Below are positions 59,863-64,000 of a stretch of 64,000 nucleotides of DNA, piece after piece (the first letter of the stretch is position 1; each line of letters begins with the position of its first letter). The notes under the pieces are model-generated. The model saw nothing but the letters and a program-made list of their open reading frames with translations, was not told where the DNA came from and did not search any database. A program made the translations under genes and the position numbers. The DNA lies in NCBI GenBank assembly GCA_947085205.1, contig CAMTVO010000001.1, forward strand, positions 27,142-91,141. Direction: 5' to 3'. The stretch is from an uncultured Nitrospiraceae bacterium. GTDB lineage: Bacteria > Nitrospirota > Thermodesulfovibrionia > Thermodesulfovibrionales > Dissulfurispiraceae.

Positions 59863-60404
59863 TGATAAGGATAAACCTTTTAGCCGAAAAGAAGAAAAAG
59901 AGAAAACTAAGAGGTACTGCAAACTTCCTTGTAACAATTGGCATTGCCAGTGGTGCAGCGCTTCTTGTAATGGGGCTTATTACATTTGTGCTTGCATCCA
60001 TGGCATCTAGTTTGAGGAAGCAAAGCGAATCAAATAAGGCAAAATTGACCGAGCTGACCAGAAAAATAAACGAAGTGAAGAAATACGAAACGCTGAATAA
60101 AGAAATCCAACAGAGAAACACCCTTATAGATACACTTAGAAAGAACCAGGCTGTTCCTGTAAGAATACTTAATGATGTGAGTGCGGCGATACCTGAAGGC
60201 GTCTGGCTGTCTTCGATGACATATAAAGAAAACGGCGTAAGGCTGGAAGGATATGCATTTACGAATATCGATATAGTAACTTATGTTGAAAATTTGAAAA
60301 GGTCGGAAAATTTTATTGATATATATCTGGAAGAATCAAAACAGGTCGAATTTGAGAAGGTTCAGGTTTACAGATTCAATTTAAATTTTAAGGTGAGGGT
60401 GTAG
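59862..60404 (+). CDS. pilN: PilN
   Basis: MIRINLL, one TM and PEGVWL. Confidence 0.93.
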   Translation: MIRINLLAEKKKKRKLRGTANFLVTIGIASGAALLVMGLITFVLASMASSLRKQSESNKAKLTELTRKINEVKKYETLNKEIQQRNTLIDTLRKNQAVPVRILNDVSAAIPEGVWLSSMTYKENGVRLEGYAFTNIDIVTYVENLKRSENFIDIYLEESKQVEFEKVQVYRFNLNFKVRV

Positions 60405-60411
60405 TGCAGCT

Positions 60412-61041
60412 ATGGCGCTAAAAATCGGGTTTGACATCGAGAATCTTTCTCCATCGAAAAAGAAACTGCTGCTTGTACTGCCTGCATTGCTTACAACTGT
60501 TCTCTTTGCGGTCTTCTTTATAATGCCTGCTGTCGAAGAGCGGAGTAAATTGTCTGTAGAAGTCGATAAGCAGAATAAGGAAATTCAAACAGCGCAAAAA
60601 AATGCAGAAAAACTCCCGGCATTAATGGCAGAAAATGAAAGGCTGAAAAGCAAACTTTTCGAGCTTCAGTTGCAACTGCCGGAGGAAAAGGAGGTATCGG
60701 GACTTCTTAGGCAGGTCTCGGAACTCGGCATAAAGTCGGGACTCCAGATTGTCTCATGGAGGCCGAGAGAAAAGTCTGTTCATCCGAGCAAGGAAGTTTA
60801 CGAGATACCTGTTGACATCGAGATGCGCGGTGGTTATCACAGATTCGGGCAGTTTTTCAGCAATATAACGAGACTCGGCAGGGTTGTCAATGTATCTAAT
60901 ATAAATGTGAAGACGATAGAGCAGAAACAGAAGGGCGCGGCATTGAATGTAAGCTTTACTGCCATGACATACTCTTTTATTCCGGAAAAAGAGAGGAAGG
61001 AATTGGAAAAAGCGGCAAAAGAGAAAGAGAAGAAGAAATGA
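60412..61041 (+). CDS. pilO: PilO
   Basis: QLPEEKEV..LL, YEIPV.I and G.YH.FG.F. Confidence 0.93.
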   Translation: MALKIGFDIENLSPSKKKLLLVLPALLTTVLFAVFFIMPAVEERSKLSVEVDKQNKEIQTAQKNAEKLPALMAENERLKSKLFELQLQLPEEKEVSGLLRQVSELGIKSGLQIVSWRPREKSVHPSKEVYEIPVDIEMRGGYHRFGQFFSNITRLGRVVNVSNINVKTIEQKQKGAALNVSFTAMTYSFIPEKERKELEKAAKEKEKKK

Positions 61042-61478
61042 AAACAAGGCTTTTATTAATACTTTCGATTCTATGCATCGCTTCCATCATTGGCGCTATT
61101 GTTGCCTTTGCAGAAGAAACAACAAAGACCTCTACTGCCTATGAATATACTGCCGGTAAAAAGAGAGATCCTTTCATACCGCTTATTTTCAAGGCAGAGG
61201 CTAAGCCGCAGAAAGGGCTTATTCCTATAGAAAGCTATGAAGTTTCTGAATTTAAGCTCATAGCCGTATTATGGGACAAGACCAAATATTATGCGGCAAT
61301 CACACTTCCCGACGGCAAATCATACACCATTAAAGAAGGAGCCAAGCTGGGTTTGCATGGGGGAAAGGTGTATAAAATCACAAAGGATTCTGTTATCATT
61401 AGAGAGAGCGTAAGAGATTATAGAGGAGTCCTTAGTCCTAAGGACTTCATCTTAAAACTCCGCAGGGAGGAGGAATGA
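61038..61478 (+). CDS. pilP: PilP
   Basis: KRDPF, P.ESY....FKL and G..LG..GG.V. Confidence 0.88.
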   Translation: MKTRLLLILSILCIASIIGAIVAFAEETTKTSTAYEYTAGKKRDPFIPLIFKAEAKPQKGLIPIESYEVSEFKLIAVLWDKTKYYAAITLPDGKSYTIKEGAKLGLHGGKVYKITKDSVIIRESVRDYRGVLSPKDFILKLRREEE

Positions 61479-63508
61479 TGAGAATATTTGTTTTCTTGCT
61501 TACTGCTTACTGCTTACTGCTTACTGCTAATTCATATGCAAGTAATTATCAAATCACAAACATTGAGGCGCTTGACAACGTTGTCGCAATCAAAATCAGC
61601 GGGCCTATAAAATACAAGATATACAACCCTGCGGACCCATTCAGGGTTATTGTAGATATGGAAGGTGTGGGCCTTGGAAAATTTAAGGAAAAGATTTTTT
61701 TTCAGAAGGCAGGCATAACCGAAATAACACCTTCTCAGATTGAAATGCCTGTGATTACTTCACGGCTGGATATTCTTCTGCAGTCTCCTTCCGGCATTAA
61801 GCCGGAGATAAAAGGTGATACGCTTATGCTTTACATAGAGACGCAAGCCGATAAGACAAGGCATGACCGCAGAGTTGAAGCCAAGTCTGAGACAGGCAGC
61901 GCCGCAAAAGAGATAGCGGCTGTTTTATTTGATAAGACTGATGAAGGTATTGAGTTTGTTATAAAAGGCGATGGAATAATGCCGGAGCCTGCTGTATTTG
62001 AGCTTGACGGAAAGATTATTATAGACATCCCTGATGTGGTGATGAAGGCATCCCTGCCGTCCAGCATACCGTCTCCTGTTAAAGACCTTAAATATAAGGC
62101 TGAAAAAGGGATAGTGAGATTTATACTGGACATCGAAGGAAAGGCTGATACCGAAATAGTTGCGATGGAGGATGAAATAATAGTTGATATTGCTTTTAAA
62201 GATAGGAAAATTGATTTGGCAAAAAGGGATGATATTCAGAAAGCCCCAAACTCCAAACTCCAAACTCCAAACTCTAACTTAGTTTCCCTGGATTTTCAGG
62301 ATGCCGATATAGTTCCTATTCTGAGGCTTTTGGGCGATGTCAGCGGATATAATATTGTCGTTCATCCCGATGTAAAGGGAAAGATAACAATGAAGCTCAT
62401 GAATGTGCCTTGGGAGCAGGCGTTGGATGTGATATTAAAGACTTTTAATCTCGAAAAAGTGGTTGAAAAGAATGTCATCAGGGTTGCGACAATAAAGGCA
62501 TTTCAAGATGAAAGAAAGGCTGTTGTCGAAACAAAAGAGGTCTTTGGTAAGGCGGAGGATGTAGAGACAAAAGTATTTGTTGTGAACTACGCCAATGTCG
62601 ATAAAGTTAAAGACTCCATAGATAAGGCAAAAGTGCTTTCTCCAAGGGGCAGCATAAGTACTGATACGAGGACACGCTCCTTGATTGTTAAGGATATAAC
62701 ATCGGGTCTTAATGAAATCAAGAAACTTATAGAGACTCTTGATAAGGCTACCCCGCAGGTGCTTATTGAGTCGAGAATTATCGAGGTGAGCACCAACTTT
62801 TCAAAGAGCCTTGGTGTTGAGTGGGGTTTAAGGTGGACACCTAAAATGGGAGACCAGAATACTAACATCGTGGGTTCCGCTCCAAACTTACCGACAGTTG
62901 GAAGATCGCCAGGCCTGATAAACCTGCCTGCTACTACTACAAAGATTGTCTCTCCTACAAGCGCTATAACGCTCGGCTATTTAAATGCAGCGCAGACCCT
63001 TGGCTTGGATGTAAGGCTGTCTGCAATTGAAGCTATTGGCAAGGCAAAACTGCTTTCAACGCCGAAGATTATGACTCTTGAAAATGAGCAGGCGATTATA
63101 AGACATGGCAAGAGGATACCGATTACTACTCCAGGCGCAACGCAGGGCACTTTTACAACAACTTATATTGATGCAAATTTAAAGATTACCGTGACTCCAC
63201 AGGTAGCGCCTGACGGCACAATTTTCTTGAAGATAGAAGTAAATAAGGATGAACCTGATTATACAAACAAAGATACACTGGGTAATCCGGCCATAGATAC
63301 GAGGTCTGTATCAACTCAGGTGCTTGCAAAAGATGGTGAGACGGTTGTTATAGGCGGAATACTGAAGAGCTCGGAATCGGATAGCGGCTCGGGAGTGCCT
63401 GGAATTTCCAAGGTTCCTATACTTGGATGGCTTTTTAAAAGGGAGACCAAGGAGACAAGCTCCGAAGAGCTACTTATCTTCATAACCCCGAGGATTGTAA
63501 GGCAGTAA
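61475..63508 (+). CDS. pilQ: Type IV pilus secretin PilQ
   Basis: AMIN-like N-terminus, VSLDFQDADI, VPWEQALD, QVLIESRIIE and VPILGWLFK. Confidence 0.96.
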   Translation: MMRIFVFLLTAYCLLLTANSYASNYQITNIEALDNVVAIKISGPIKYKIYNPADPFRVIVDMEGVGLGKFKEKIFFQKAGITEITPSQIEMPVITSRLDILLQSPSGIKPEIKGDTLMLYIETQADKTRHDRRVEAKSETGSAAKEIAAVLFDKTDEGIEFVIKGDGIMPEPAVFELDGKIIIDIPDVVMKASLPSSIPSPVKDLKYKAEKGIVRFILDIEGKADTEIVAMEDEIIVDIAFKDRKIDLAKRDDIQKAPNSKLQTPNSNLVSLDFQDADIVPILRLLGDVSGYNIVVHPDVKGKITMKLMNVPWEQALDVILKTFNLEKVVEKNVIRVATIKAFQDERKAVVETKEVFGKAEDVETKVFVVNYANVDKVKDSIDKAKVLSPRGSISTDTRTRSLIVKDITSGLNEIKKLIETLDKATPQVLIESRIIEVSTNFSKSLGVEWGLRWTPKMGDQNTNIVGSAPNLPTVGRSPGLINLPATTTKIVSPTSAITLGYLNAAQTLGLDVRLSAIEAIGKAKLLSTPKIMTLENEQAIIRHGKRIPITTPGATQGTFTTTYIDANLKITVTPQVAPDGTIFLKIEVNKDEPDYTNKDTLGNPAIDTRSVSTQVLAKDGETVVIGGILKSSESDSGSGVPGISKVPILGWLFKRETKETSSEELLIFITPRIVRQ

Positions 63509-63518
63509 ATTGACGGCT

Positions 63519-63758
63519 TTAAGTTTTCCAGATATTGTATTCATCTATTAGTCTGATACCTGTGTAATAACAGCAGAGTTCATTGTTCATGTCATTTATG
63601 AATGAGCGCTCATCACCGTCCTGAAAGGCGATTCTCACAAAGCAGAAACCGCCGGGCAGATCCGAGTGTTTTTCTTCGATGACCTCTCCGGCGCCCCATG
63701 AGAAGTATTTCAGGTGCTTGACCTTATCACCGACTCTTAGAAATAATCTGCAATTCAT
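63519..63758 (-). CDS. DUF3553-like small protein
   Basis: L.VGD.V.H....WG.GEV...VRI.F.DG. Confidence 0.65.
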   Translation of the reverse strand: MNCRLFLRVGDKVKHLKYFSWGAGEVIEEKHSDLPGGFCFVRIAFQDGDERSFINDMNNELCCYYTGIRLIDEYNIWKT

Positions 63759-63763
63759 TTACT

Positions 63764-63940
63764 TAAGAGGCTCTTGCAAAAGTCGTCATTCCCGTACAAA
63801 CGGGAATCCAGACTTGTCCCCGCAAAAGCGGGGAACTATACAAAGGAATTAGGTTCCCGTTTTCACGGGAAACCCTGGATTCCCACTTTCGTGTGAATGA
63901 CAAACTCTTCTCTTTTTATGACTTTTGCAAGAGCCTCTTA
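63764..63940. mobile_element. 177-bp MITE with perfect 21-bp inverted ends enclosing REP/dRS3-like hairpins
   Basis: TAAGAGGCTCTTGCAAAAGTC ... GACTTTTGCAAGAGCCTCTTA; internal gtcattcccgtacaaacgggaatccag and its inverted partner. Confidence 0.88.
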
Positions 63941-64000
63941 TTATAACAAAATTTCTCACTTATCTTATATAAGCCCCGTAAAGGGAATATACAAAATGCC

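Noticed and set aside
461..62279. Short tandem arrays as CRISPR repeats
   Set aside because: Units are 7-8 bp, degenerate and without unique spacers; no cas genes seen.
1..64000. aroK-aroB at the window start and pilMNOPQ at the end as a sign of rearrangement of the common pilQ-aroK-aroB order
   Set aside because: Cannot be assessed without flanking sequence, and gene order varies by lineage.

Overview
A gene-dense bacterial chromosomal window, mostly on the + strand. Gene content suggests an anaerobic Nitrospirota/Thermodesulfovibrionia-like organism (inference only). It contains housekeeping genes (aroK, aroB, phoB/phoR-like pair, hcp, split fumarate hydratase, der, ntrYX-like pair, hisI, proA, nadD, lysC, cimA, an EF-G paralogue, argH, hypE, surA-like, rluB, aspS) and two type IV pilus systems: an MSHA-like cluster with a variable pilin locus (7.9-26 kb) and pilMNOPQ (58.8-63.5 kb). 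An AT-rich restriction-modification island sits at about 37.9-41.6 kb. Four signals are not explained by the ORF track. (1) About 30 short degenerate 7-8-mer tandem arrays are scattered through the window, often as two arms in inverted orientation. They sit at cistron junctions or in-frame inside conserved proteins, and one ~55-bp composite unit occurs in opposite orientations in two unrelated enzymes. (2) A probable c-di-GMP-II riboswitch precedes tandem pilin genes, and the cognate ATPase has an MshEN c-di-GMP motif. (3) The pilin locus is interleaved with toxin-antitoxin cassettes, two of them preceded by truncated prepilin-leader remnants, and two of three toxins look inactivated. (4) There are several families of MITE/REP-like miniature elements, including one nested insertion with a 4-bp target duplication, yet no intact transposase is present. 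No rRNA, tRNA or CRISPR array was seen. All calls come from motif recognition by eye; no searches were run.
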